64,000 nt of DNA. Source: the human T2T-CHM13v2.0 reference genome, Homo sapiens. Position numbers and translations under genes: made by a program. The notes beneath the pieces were generated by a model. That model did not search any database. It had not been told where the DNA came from and saw only the letters and a list, made by a program, of their open reading frames with translations. Location of the stretch: NCBI RefSeq assembly GCF_009914755.1, contig NC_060925.1; one strand, given 5' to 3'. Shown one piece after another: positions 1 through 12,600 of the stretch; within the stretch, counting starts at the first letter, position 1; every line of letters begins with the position of its first letter.

Positions 1-240
1 TTTCTGTTCATAGAGCAGTTAGGAAACACTCTGTTTGTAAAGTCTGCAAGTGGATATTCAGACCTCCTTGAGGCCTTCTTTGGAAACGGGATTTCTTCAT
101 ATTCTGCTAGACAGAAGAATTCTCAGTAACTTCCTTGTGTTGTGTGTATTCAACTCACAGAGTTGAACGATCCTTTACACAGAGCAGACTTGAAACACTC
201 TTTTTGTGGAATTTGCAAGAGGAGATTTCAGCCGCTTTGA

Positions 241-260
241 GGTCAATAGTAGAAAAGGAA
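241..260 (+). other. A-type (pJalpha-position) box region in the monomer lacking a CENP-B box; recurs every dimer
   Basis: GGTCAAT(G/A)GTAGAAAAGGAA lies at the position equivalent to the CENP-B box in alternate monomers, as expected for SF1 A/B alternation. Protein binding is not shown by the sequence. Confidence 0.6.
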
Positions 261-414
261 ACATCTTCGTAGAAAAACTAGACAGAATGATTCTCAGAAA
301 CTCCTTTGTGATGTGTGTGTTCAACTCACAGAGTTTAACCTTTCTTTTCATAGAGCAGTTAGTAAACACTCTGTTTATAAAGTCTGCAAGTGGATATTCA
401 GACCCCTTTGAGGC

Positions 415-431
415 CTTCGTTGGAAACGGGA
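415..431 (+). promoter_or_regulatory. CENP-B box (first intact copy); recurs every 339-341 bp, last copy at 63984-64000
   Basis: Exact CTTCGTTGGAAACGGGA matching the NTTCGNNNNANNCGGGN core. B dimers end the box in T, a non-core position. I counted 189 box positions and saw 11 with core mutations. Confidence 0.97.
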
Positions 432-2496
432 TTTCTTCATATTATGCTAGACAGAAGAATTCTCAGTAACTTCCTTGTGTTGTGTGTATTCAACTGACAG
501 AGTTGAACTTTCATTTGGAGAGAGCAGATTTGAAACACTGTTTTTGTGGAATTTGCAAGTGGAGATTTCAAGCGCTTTGGGGCCAAAGGCAGAAAAGGAA
601 ATATCTTCGTATAAACACTAGACAGAATCATTCTCAGAAACTGCTGCGTGATGTGTGCGTTCAACTCTCAGAGTTTAACCTTTCTTTTCATTCAGCGGTT
701 TGGAAACACTCTGTTTGTAAAGTCTGCACGTGGATATTTTGACCACTTAGAGGCCTTCGTTGGAAACGGGTTTTTTTCATGTAAGGCTAGACAGAAGAAT
801 TCCCAGTAACTTCCTTGTGTTGTGTGCATTCAACTCACAGAGTTGAACGTTCCCTTAGACAGAGCAGATTTGAAACACTCTATTTGTGCAATTTGCAAGT
901 GTAGTTTTCAAGCTCTTTAAGTTCAACGGCAGAAAAGGAAATATCTTCGTTTCAAAACTAGACAGAATCATTCCCACAAACTGCGTTGTGATGTGTTCGT
1001 TCAACTCACAGAGTTTAACCTTTCTGTTCATAGAGCAGTTAGGAAACACTCTGTTTGTAAAGTCTGTAAGTGGATATTCTGACATCTTGTGGCCTTCGTG
1101 GGAAACGGGATTTCTTCATATTCTGCTAGACAGAAGAATTCTCAGTAACTTCCTTGTGTTGTGTGTATTCATCTCACAGAGTTGAACGATCCTTTACACA
1201 GAGCAGACTTGAAACACTCTTTTTGTGGAATTTGCAAGTGGAGATTTCAGCCGCTTTGAGGTCAATGGTAGAAAAGGAAACTATCTTCATATAAAGACTA
1301 GACAGAATGATTCTCAGAAAATCTTTTGTGATGTGTGCGTTCAACTCACAGAGTTTAACTTTTCTTCTCATAGAGCAGTTAGGAAACACTCTGTTTGTAA
1401 AGTCTGCAAGTGGATATTCTGACATCTTTGAGGCCTTCGTTGGAAACGGGATTTCTTCATATTCTGCTAGACAGAAGAATTCTCAGTAACTTCCTTGTGT
1501 TGTGTGTATTCAACTCACAGAGTTGAAGGATCCTTTACAGAGAGCAGGCTTGAAACACTCTTTTTGTCGAATTTGCAAGTGGAGATTTCAGCCGCTTTGA
1601 GGTCAATGGTTGAATAGGAAATATCTTCTTATAGAAACTAGACAGAATGATTCTCATAAACTCCTTTGTGATGTGTGCGTTCAACTCACAGAGTTTAACC
1701 TTTCTTTTCATAGAGCAGTTAGGAAACACTCTGTTTGTAAAGTCTGCAAGTGGATATTCAGACCTCTTTGAGGCCTTCGTTGGAAACGGGATTTCTTCAT
1801 ATTCTGCTAGACAGAAGAATTCTCAGTAACTTCCTTGTGTTGTGTTTATTCAACTCACAGAGTTGAATGATCCTTTACACAGAGCAGACTTGAAACACTC
1901 TTTTTGTGGAATTTGCAAGTGGAGATTTCAGCCGCTTTGAGGTCAATGGTAGAAAAGTAAATATCTTCGTATAAAGACTAGACAGAATGATTCTCAGAAA
2001 CTCCTTTGTGATGTGTGCGTTCAACTCACAGAGTTTAACTTTTCTTTTCATAGAGCAGTTAGGAAACACTCTGTTTGTAAAGTCTGCAAGTGGATATTCA
2101 GACCTCTTTGAGGCCTTCGTTGGAAACGGGATTTCTTCATATTATGCTAGACAGAAGAATTCTCAGTAACTTCCTTGTGTTGTGTGTATTCAACTCACAG
2201 AGTTGAACGATCCTTTACACAGAGCAGACTTGAAACATTCTTTTTGTGGAATTTGCAAGTGGAGATTTCAGCCGCTTTGAGGTCAATGGTAGAATAGGAA
2301 ATATCTTCCTATAGAAACTAGACAGAACGATTCTCAGAAACTCCTTTGTGATGTGTGCGTTCAACTCACAGAGTTTAACCTTTCTGTTCATAGAGCAGTT
2401 AGGAAACACTCTGTTTGTAAAGTCTGCAAGTGGATATTCAGACCTCTTTGAGGCCTTCGTTGGAAACGGGATTTCTTCCTATTCTGCTAGACAGAA

Positions 2497-5400
2497 GAAT
2501 TCTCAGTAACTTCCTTGTGTTGTGTGTATTCAACTCACAGAGTTGAACGATCCTTTACACAGAGCAGACTTGAAACACTCTTTTTGTGGAATTTGCAAGT
2601 GGAGATTTCAGCCGCTTTGAGGTCAATAGTAGAAAAGGAAATATCTTCGTAGAAAAACTAGACAGAATGATTCTCAGAAACTCCTTTGTGATGTGTGTGT
2701 TCAACTCACAGAGTTTAACCTTTCTTTTCATAGAGCAGTTAGTAAACACTCTGTTTATAAAGTCTGCAAGTGGATATTCAGACCCCTTTGAGGCCTTCGT
2801 TGGAAACGGGATTTCTTCATATTATGCTAGACAGAAGAATTCTCAGTAACTTCCTTGTGTTGTGTGTATTCAACTGACAGAGTTGAACTTTCATTTAGAG
2901 AGAGCAGATTTGAAACACTGTTTTTGTGGAATTTGCAAGTGGAGATTTCAAGCGCTTTGGGGCCAAAGGCAGAAAAGGAAATATCTTCGTATAAAAACTA
3001 GACAGAATCATTCTCAGAAACTGCTGCGTGATGTGTGCGTTCAACTCTCAGAGTTTAACTTTTCTTTTCATTCAGCGGTTTGGAAACACTCTGTTTGTAA
3101 AGTCTGCACTTGGATATTTTGACCACTTAGAGGCCTTCGTTGGAAACGGGTTTTTTTCATGTAAGGCTAGACAGAAGAATTCCCAGTAACTTCCTTGTGT
3201 TGTGTGCATTCAACTCACAGAGTTGAACGTTCCCTTAGACAGAGCAGATTTGAAACACTCTATTTCTGCAATTTGCAAGTTTAGTTTTCAAGCTCTTTAA
3301 GGTCAACGGCAGAAAAGGAAATATCTTCGTTTCAAAACTAGACAGAATCATTCCCACAAACTGCGTTGTGATGTGTTCGTTCAACTCACAGAGTTTAACC
3401 TTTCTGTTCATAGAGCAGTTAGGAAACACTCTGTTTGTAAAGTCTGTAAGTGGATATTCTGACATCTTGTGGCCTTCGTTGGAAACGGGATTTCTTCATA
3501 TTCTGCTAGACAGAAGAATTCTCAGTAACTTCCTTGTGTTGTGTGTATTCAACTCACAGAGTTGAACGATCCTTTACACAGAGCAGACTTGAAACACTCT
3601 TTTTGTGGAATTTGCAAGTGGAGATTTCAGCCGCTTTGATGTCAATGGTAGAAAAGGAAATATCTTCGTATAAAGACTAGACAGAATGATTCTCAGAAAC
3701 TCTTTTGTGATGTGTGCGTTCAACTCACAGAGTTTAACCTTTCTGTTCATAGAGCAGTTAGGAAACACTCTGTTTGTAAAGTCTGCAAGTGGATATTCAG
3801 ACCTCCTTGAGGCCTTCGTTGGAAACGGGATTTCTTCATATTCTGCTAGACAGAAGAATTCTCAGTAACTTCCTTGTGTTGTGTGTATTCAACTCACAGA
3901 GTTGTACGATCCTTTACACAGAGCAGACTTGAAACACTCTTTTTGTGGAATTTGCAAGTGGAGATTTCAGCCGCTTTGAGGTCAATGGTAGAAAAGGAAA
4001 TATCTTCGTATAAAGACTAGACAGAATGATTCTCAGAAACTCCTTTGTGATGTGTGCGTTCAACTCACAGAGTTTAACCTTTCTGTTCATAGAGCAGTTA
4101 GGAAACACTCTGTTTGTAAAGTCTGTAAGTGGATATTCTGACATCTTGTGGCCTTCGTTGGAAACGGGATTTCTTCATATTCTGCTAGACAGAAGAATTC
4201 TCAGTAACTTCCTTGTGTTGTGTGTATTCAACTCACAGAGTTGAACGATCCTTTACACAGAGCAGACTTGAAACACTCTTTTTGTGGAATTTGCAAGTGG
4301 AGATTTCAGCCGCTTTGAGGTCAATGGTAGAAAAGGAAACTATCTTCATATAAAGACTAGACAGAATGATTCTCAGAAAATCTTTTGTGATGTGTGCGTT
4401 CAACTCACAGAGTTTAAGTTTTCTTCTCATAGAGCAGTTAGGAAACACTCTGTTTGTAAAGTCTGCAAGTGGATATTCAGACATCTTTGAGGCCTTCGTT
4501 GGAAACGGGATTTCTTCATATTCTGCTAGACAGAAGAATTCTCAGTAACTTCCTTGTGTTGTGTGTATTCAACTCACAGAGTTGAAGGATCCTTTACAGA
4601 GAGCAGGCTTGAAACACTCTTTTTGTCGAATTTGCAAGTGGAGATTTCAGCCGCTTTGAGGTCAATGGTAGAATAGGAAATATCTTCTTATAGAAACTAG
4701 ACAGAATGATTCTCATAAACTCCTTTGTGATGTGTGCGTTCAACTCACAGAGTTTAACCTTTCTTTTCATAGAGCAGTTAGGAAACACTCTGTTTGTAAA
4801 GTCTGCAAGTGGATATTCAGACCTCCTTGAGGCCTTCGTTGGAAACGGGATTTCTTCATATTCTGCTAGACAGAAGAATTCTCAGTAACTTCCTTGTGTT
4901 GTGTTTATTCAACTCACAGAGTTGAATGATCCTTTACACAGAGCAGACTTGAAACACTCTTTTTGTGGAATTTGCAAGTGGAGATTTCAGCCGCTTTGAG
5001 GTCAACGGTAGAAAAGTAAATATCTTCGTATAAAGACTAGACAGAATGATTCTCAGAAACTCCTTTGTGATGTGTGCGTTCAACTCACAGAGTTTAACCT
5101 TTCTGTTCATAGAGCAGTTAGGAAACACTCTGTTTGTAAAGTCTGCAAGTGGATATTCAGACCTCTTTGAGGCCTTCGTTGGAAACGGGATTTCTTCATA
5201 TTATGCTAGACAGAAGAATTCTCAGTAACTTCCTTGTGTTGTGTGTATTCAACTCACAGAGTTGAACGATCCTTTACACAGAGCAGACTTGAAACATTCT
5301 TTTTGTGGAATTTGCAAGTGGAGATTTCAGCCGCTTTGAGGTCAATGGTAGAATAGGAAATATCTTCCTATAGAAACTAGACAGAACGATTCTCAGAAAC

Positions 5401-5555
5401 TCCTTTGTGATGTGTGCGTTCAACTCACAGAGTTTAACCTTTCTTTTCATAGAGCAGTTAGGAAACACTCTATTTGTAAAGTCTGCAAGTGGATATTCAG
5501 ACCTCTTTGAGGCCTTCGTTGGAAACGGGATTTCTTCATATTCTGCTAGACAGAA
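2497..5555 (+). repeat. 18-monomer HOR variant A-B-C-H-H/C-D-E-F-G (3,059 bp); also starts at 12016, 47368, 56887
   Basis: Dimer order read from markers. Private SNPs ctgcacTtgg, caagtTtag, tttgaTgtca, gttgTacga and tttaaGtttt recur at +9,519, +44,871 and +54,390. Confidence 0.88.
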
Positions 5556-8500
5556 GAATTCTCAGTAACTTCCTTGTGTTGTGTGTATTCAACTCACAGA
5601 GTTGAACGATCCTTTACACAGAGCAGACTTGAAACACTCTTTTTGTGGAATTTGCAAGTGGAGATTTCAGCCGCTTTGAGGTCAATGGTAGAAAAGTAAA
5701 TATCTTCGTATAAAGACTAGACAGAATGATTCTCAGAAACTTCTTTGTGATGTGTGTGTTCAACTCACAGAGTTTAACCTTTCTTTTCATAGAGCAGTTA
5801 GTAAACACTCTGTTTATAAAGTCTGCAAGTGGATATTCAGACCCCTTTGAGGCCTTCGTTGGAAACGGGATTTCTTCATATTATGCTAGACAGAAGAATT
5901 CTCAGTAACTTCCTTGTGTTGTGTGTATTCAACTGACAGAGTTGAACTTTCATTTAGAGAGAGTAGTTTTGAAACACTGTTTTTGTGGAATTTGCAAGTG
6001 GAGATTTCAAGCGCTTTGGGGCCAAAGGCAGAAAAGGAAATATCTTCGTATAAAAACTAGACAGAATCATTCTCAGAAACTGCTGCGTGATGTGTGCGTT
6101 CAACTCTCAGAGTTTAACTTTTCTTTTCATTCAGCGGTTTGGAAACACTCTGTTTGTAAAGTCTGCACGTGGAAATTTTGACCACTTAGAGGCCTTCGTT
6201 GGAAACGGGTTTTTTTCATGTAAGGCTAGACAGAAGAATTCCCAGTAACTTCCTTGTGTTGTGTGCATTCAACTCACAGAGTTGAACGTTCCCTTAGACA
6301 GAGCAGATTTGAAACACTCTGTTTCTGCAATTTGCAAGTGTAGTTTTCAAGCTCTTTAAGGTCAACGGCAGAAAAGGAAATATCATCGTTTCAAAACTAG
6401 ACAGAATCATTCCCACAAACTGCGTTGTGATGTGTTCGTTCAACTCACAGAGTTTAACCTTTCTGTTCATAGAGCAGTTAGGAAACACTCTGTTTGTAAA
6501 GTCTGTAAGTGGATATTCTGACATCTTGTGGCCTTCGTTGGAAACGGGATTTCTTCATATTCTGCTAGACAGAAGAATTCTCAGTAACTTCCTTGTGTTG
6601 TGTGTATTCAACTCACAGAGTTGAACGATCCTTTACACAGAGCAGACTTGAAACACTCTTTTTGTGGAATTTGCAAGTGGAGATTTCAGCCGCTTTGAGG
6701 TCAATGGTAGAAAAGGAAACTATCTTCATATAAAGACTAGACAGAATGATTCTCAGAAAATCTTTTGTGATGTGTGCGTTCAACTCACAGAGTTTAACTT
6801 TTCTTCTCATAGAGCAGTTAAGAAACACTCTGTTTGTAAAGTCTGCAAGTGGATATTCAGACCTCTTTGAGGCCTTCGTTGGAAACGGGATTTCTTCATA
6901 TTCTGCTAGACAGAAGAATTCTCAGTAACTTCCTTGTGTTGTGTGTATTCAACTCACAGAGTTGAAGGATCCTTTACAGAGAGCAGGCTTGAAACACTCT
7001 TTTTGTCGAATTTGCAAGTGGAGATTTCAGCCGCTTTGAGGTCAATGGTAGAATAGGAAATATCTTCTTATAGAAACTAGACAGAATGATTCTCATAAAC
7101 TCCTTTGTGATGTGTGCGTTCAACTCACAGAGTTTAACCTTTCTTTTCATAGAGCAGTTAGGAAACACTCTGTTTGTAAAGTCTGCAAGTGGATATTCAG
7201 ACCTCCTTGAGGCCTTCGTTGGAAACGGGATTTCTTCATATTCTGCTAGACAGAAGAATTCTCAGTAACTTCCTTGTGTTGTGTTTATTCAACTCACAGA
7301 GTTGAATGATCCTTTACACAGAGCAGACTTGAAACACTCTTTTTGTGGAATTTGCAAGTGGAGATTTCAGCCGCTTTGAGGTCAATGGTAGAAAAGTAAA
7401 TATCTTCGTATAAAGACTAGACAGAATGATTCTCAGAAACTCCTTTGTGATGTGTGCGTTCAACTCACAGAGTTTAACCTTTCTGTTCATAGAGCAGTTA
7501 GGAATCACTCTGTTTGTAAAGTCTGCAAGTGGATATTCAGACCTCCTTGAGGCCTTTGTTGGAAACGGGATTTCTTCATATTCTGCTAGACAGAAGAATT
7601 CTCAGTAACTTCCTTGTGTTGTGTGTATTCAACTCACAGAGTTGAACGATCCTTTACACAGAGCAGACTTGAAACACTCTTTTTGTGGAATTTGCAAGAG
7701 GAGATTTCAGCCGATTTGAGGTCAATAGTAGAAAAGGAAACATCTTCGTAGAAAAACTAGACAGAATGATTCTCAGAAACTCCTTTGTGATGTGTGTGTT
7801 CAACTCACAGAGTTTAACCTTTCTTTTCATAGAGCAGTTAGTAAACACTCTGTTTATAAAGTCTGCAAGTGGATATTCAGACCCCTTTGAGGCCTTCGTT
7901 GGAAACGGGATTTCTTCATATTATGCTAGACAGAAGAATTCTCAGTAACTTCCTTGTGTTGTGTGTATTCAACTGACAGAGTTGAACTTTCATTTGGAGA
8001 GAGCAGATTTGAAACACTGTTTTTGTGGAATTTGCAAGTGGAGATTTCAAGCGCTTTGGGGCCAAAGGCAGAAAAGGAAATATCTTCGTATAAAAACTAG
8101 ACAGAATCATTCTCAGAAACTGCTGCGTGATGTGTGCGTTCAACTCTCAGAGTTTAACTTTTCTTTTCATTCAGCGGTTTGGAAACACTCTGTTTGTAAA
8201 GTCTGCACGTGGATATTTTGACCACTTAGAGGCCTTCGTTGGAAACGGGTTTTTTTCATGTAAGGCTAGACAGAAGAATTCCCAGTAACTTCCTTGTGTT
8301 GTGTGCATTCAACTCACAGAGTTGAACGTTCCCTTAGACAGAGCAGATTTGAAACACTCTATTTGTGCAATTTGCAAGTGTAGTTTTCAAGCTCTTTATG
8401 GTCAACGGCAGAAAAGGAAATATCTTCGTTTCAAAACTAGACAGAATCATTCCCACAAACTGCGTTGTGATGTGTTCGTTCAACTCACAGAGTTTAACCT

Positions 8501-9635
8501 TTCTGTTCATAGAGCAGTTAGGAAACACTCTGTTTGTAAAGTCTGTAAGTGGATATTCTGACATCTTGTGGCCTTCGTTGGAAACGGGATTTCTTCATAT
8601 TCTGCTAGACAGAAGAATTCTCAGTAACTTCCTTGTGTTGTGTGTATTCAACTCACAGAGTTGAACGATCCTTTACACAGAGCAGACTTGAAACACTCTT
8701 TTTGTGGAATTTGCAAGTGGAGATTTCAGCCGCTTTGAGGTCAATGGTAGAAAAGGAAACTATCTTCATATAAAGACTAGACAGAATGATTCTCAGAAAA
8801 TCTTTTGTGATGTGTGCGTTCAACTCACAGAGTTTAACTTTTCTTCTCATAGAGCAGTTAGGAAACACTCTGTTTGTAAAGTCTGCAAGTGGATATTCAG
8901 ACCTCTTTGAGGCCTTCGTTGGAAACGGGATTTCTTCATATTCTGCTAGACAGAAGAATTCTCAGTAACTTCCTTGTGTTGTGTGTATTCAACTCACAGA
9001 GTTGAAGGATCCTTTACAGAGAGCAGGCTTGAAACACTCTTTTTGTCGAATTTGCAAGTGGAGATTTCAGCCGCTTTGAGGTCAATGGTAGAATAGGAAA
9101 TATCTTCTTATAGAAACTAGACAGAATGATTCTCATAAACTCCTTTGTGATGTGTGCGTTCAACTCACAGAGTTTAACCTTTCTTTTCATAGAGCAGTTA
9201 GGAAACACTCTGTTTGTAAAGTCTGCAAGTGGATATTCAGACCTCCTTGAGGCCTTCGTTGGAAACGGGATTTCTTCATATTCTGCTAGACAGAAGAATT
9301 CTCAGTAACTTCCTTGTGTTGTGTTTATTCAACTCACAGAGTTGAATGATCCTTTACACAGAGCAGACTTGAAACACTCTTTCTGTGGAATTTGCAAGTG
9401 GAGATTTCAGCCGCTTTGAGGTCAATGGTAGAAAAGTAAATATCTTCGTATAAAGACTAGACAGAATGATTCTCAGAAACTCCTTTGTGATGTGTGCGTT
9501 CAACTCACAGAGTTTAACCTTTCTGTTCATAGAGCAGTTAGGAAACACTCTGTTTGTAAAGTCTGCAAGTGGATATTCAGACCTCCTTGAGGCCTTCTTT
9601 GGAAACGGGATTTCTTCATATTCTGCTAGACAGAA
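5556..9635 (+). repeat. Two 12-monomer HOR variants (F/A or A)-B-C-D-E-F, 2,040 bp each; pair repeated at 40908 and 50427; single 12-mers at 24255 and 31392
   Basis: Unit starts at 5556, 7596 and 9636 are 2,040 bp apart, and the G dimer is absent. Confidence 0.88.
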
Positions 9636-12600
9636 GAATTCTCAGTAACTTCCTTGTGTTGTGTGTATTCAACTCACAGAGTTGAACGATCCTTTACACA
9701 GAGCAGACTTGAAACACTCTTTTTGTGGAATTTGCAAGAGGAGATTTCAGCCGCTTTGAGGTCAATAGTAGAAAAGGAAACATCTTCGTAGAAAAACTAG
9801 ACAGAATGATTCTCAGAAACTCCTTTGTGATGTGTGTGTTCAACTCACAGAGTTTAACCTTTCTTTTCATAGAGCAGTTAGTAAACACTCTGTTTATAAA
9901 GTCTGCAAGTGGATATTCAGACCCCTTTGAGGCCTTCGTTGGAAACGGGATTTCTTCATATTATGCTAGACAGAAGAATTCTCAGTAACTTCCTTGTGTT
10001 GTGTGTATTCAACTGACAGAGTTGAACTTTCATTTGGAGAGAGCAGATTTGAAACACTGTTTTTGTGGAATTTGCAAGTGGAGATTTCAAGCGCTTTGGG
10101 GCCAAAGGCAGAAAAGGAAATATCTTCGTATAAACACTAGACAGAATCATTCTCAGAAACTGCTGCGTGATGTGTGCGTTCAACTCTCAGAGTTTAACCT
10201 TTCTTTTCATTCAGCGGTTTGGAAACACTCTGTTTGTAAAGTCTGCACGTGGATATTTTGACCACTTAGAGGCCTTCGTTGGAAACGGGTTTTTTTCATG
10301 TAAGGCTAGACAGAAGAATTCCCAGTAACTTCCTTGTGTTGTGTGCATTCAACTCACAGAGTTGAACGTTCCCTTAGACAGAGCAGATTTGAAACACTCT
10401 ATTTGTGCAATTTGCAAGTGTAGTTTTCAAGCTCTTTAAGGTCAACGGCAGAAAAGGAAATATCTTCGTTTCAAAACTAGACAGAATCATTCCCACAAAC
10501 TGCGTTGTGATGTGTTCGTTCAACTCACAGAGTTTAACCTTTCTGTTCATAGAGCAGTTAGGAAACACTCTGTTTGTAAAGTCTGTAAGTGGATATTCTG
10601 ACATCTTGTGGCCTTCGTGGGAAACGGGATTTCTTCATATTCTGCTAGACAGAAGAATTCTCAGTAACTTCCTTGTGTTGTGTGTATTCATCTCACAGAG
10701 TTGAACGATCCTTTACACAGAGCAGACTTGAAACACTCTTTTTGTGGAATTTGCAAGTGGAGATTTCAGCCGCTTTGAGGTCAATGGTAGAAAAGGAAAC
10801 TATCTTCATATAAAGACTAGACAGAATGATTCTCAGAAAATCTTTTGTGATGTGTGCGTTCAACTCACAGAGTTTAACTTTTCTTCTCATAGAGCAGTTA
10901 GGAAACACTCTGTTTGTAAAGTCTGCAAGTGGATATTCTGACATCTTTGAGGCCTTCGTTGGAAACGGGATTTCTTCATATTCTGCTAGACAGAAGAATT
11001 CTCAGTAACTTCCTTGTGTTGTGTGTATTCAACTCACAGAGTTGAAGGATCCTTTACAGAGAGCAGGCTTGAAACACTCTTTTTGTCGAATTTGCAAGTG
11101 GAGATTTCAGCCGCTTTGAGGTCAATGGTTGAATAGGAAATATCTTCTTATAGAAACTAGACAGAATGATTCTCATAAACTCCTTTGTGATGTGTGCGTT
11201 CAACTCACAGAGTTTAACCTTTCTTTTCATAGAGCAGTTAGGAAACACTCTGTTTGTAAAGTCTGCAAGTGGATATTCAGACCTCTTTGAGGCCTTCGTT
11301 GGAAACGGGATTTCTTCATATTCTGCTAGACAGAAGAATTCTCAGTAACTTCCTTGTGTTGTGTTTATTCAACTCACAGAGTTGAATGATCCTTTACACA
11401 GAGCAGACTTGAAACACTCTTTTTGTGGAATTTGCAAGTGGAGATTTCAGCCGCTTTGAGGTCAATGGTAGAAAAGTAAATATCTTCGTATAAAGACTAG
11501 ACAGAATGATTCTCAGAAACTCCTTTGTGATGTGTGCGTTCAACTCACAGAGTTTAACTTTTCTTTTCATAGAGCAGTTAGGAAACACTCTGTTTGTAAA
11601 GTCTGCAAGTGGATATTCAGACCTCTTTGAGGCCTTCGTTGGAAACGGGATTTCTTCATATTATGCTAGACAGAAGAATTCTCAGTAACTTCCTTGTGTT
11701 GTGTGTATTCAACTCACAGAGTTGAACGATCCTTTACACAGAGCAGACTTGAAACATTCTTTTTGTGGAATTTGCAAGTGGAGATTTCAGCCGCTTTGAG
11801 GTCAATGGTAGAATAGGAAATATCTTCCTATAGAAACTAGACAGAACGATTCTCAGAAACTCCTTTGTGATGTGTGCGTTCAACTCACAGAGTTTAACCT
11901 TTCTGTTCATAGAGCAGTTAGGAAACACTCTGTTTGTAAAGTCTGCAAGTGGATATTCAGACCTCTTTGAGGCCTTCGTTGGAAACGGGATTTCTTCCTA
12001 TTCTGCTAGACAGAAGAATTCTCAGTAACTTCCTTGTGTTGTGTGTATTCAACTCACAGAGTTGAACGATCCTTTACACAGAGCAGACTTGAAACACTCT
12101 TTTTGTGGAATTTGCAAGTGGAGATTTCAGCCGCTTTGAGGTCAATAGTAGAAAAGGAAATATCTTCGTAGAAAAACTAGACAGAATGATTCTCAGAAAC
12201 TCCTTTGTGATGTGTGTGTTCAACTCACAGAGTTTAACCTTTCTTTTCATAGAGCAGTTAGTAAACACTCTGTTTATAAAGTCTGCAAGTGGATATTCAG
12301 ACCCCTTTGAGGCCTTCGTTGGAAACGGGATTTCTTCATATTATGCTAGACAGAAGAATTCTCAGTAACTTCCTTGTGTTGTGTGTATTCAACTGACAGA
12401 GTTGAACTTTCATTTAGAGAGAGCAGATTTGAAACACTGTTTTTGTGGAATTTGCAAGTGGAGATTTCAAGCGCTTTGGGGCCAAAGGCAGAAAAGGAAA
12501 TATCTTCGTATAAAAACTAGACAGAATCATTCTCAGAAACTGCTGCGTGATGTGTGCGTTCAACTCTCAGAGTTTAACTTTTCTTTTCATTCAGCGGTTT

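Larger units (their letters stand above)
117..456 (+). repeat. Example 340-bp EcoRI dimer (type A): 171-bp monomer 117-287 plus 169-bp CENP-B-box monomer 288-456
   Basis: GAATTCTCAG at 117 aligns with TGATTCTCAG at 288, and the next GAATTC is at 457. A markers are caatAgtag, cgtaGaaaa, ttagTaaac, gtttAtaaag and gaccCctttg. Confidence 0.95.
117..2496 (+). repeat. 14-monomer HOR variant A-B-C-D-E-F-G (2,380 bp); also starts at 9636, 19495, 44988, 54507, 59946
   Basis: A 117-456. B 457-796 (actttcattt, ggggccaaagg, ctgctgcgtg, gggtttttttcatgtaagg). C 797-1135 (cgttcccttag, cccacaaactgcg, 1-bp deletion in gacatcttgtgg). D 1136-1476 (+1 C in ggaaactatc). E 1477-1816 (BamHI GGATCC at 1528, gcaggc, gtcgaa). 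F 1817-2156 (gtttattc, gaatgatc, aaaagtaaa). G 2157-2496 (aaacattc, cctatag, gaacgattc). Confidence 0.9.

Noticed and set aside
482-742. Cys-rich ORF with CxxC-like motifs (HCFCGIC, VCKVC) suggesting a zinc finger
   Set aside because: The cysteines come from TGT-rich satellite sequence. The spacing fits no known finger and there is no gene context.
1094-1110. CENP-B box variant CTTCGTGGGAAACGGGA (also 10613, 45965, 55484) as a knockout
   Set aside because: The change is at a non-core N position of NTTCGNNNNANNCGGGN, so it is counted as intact.
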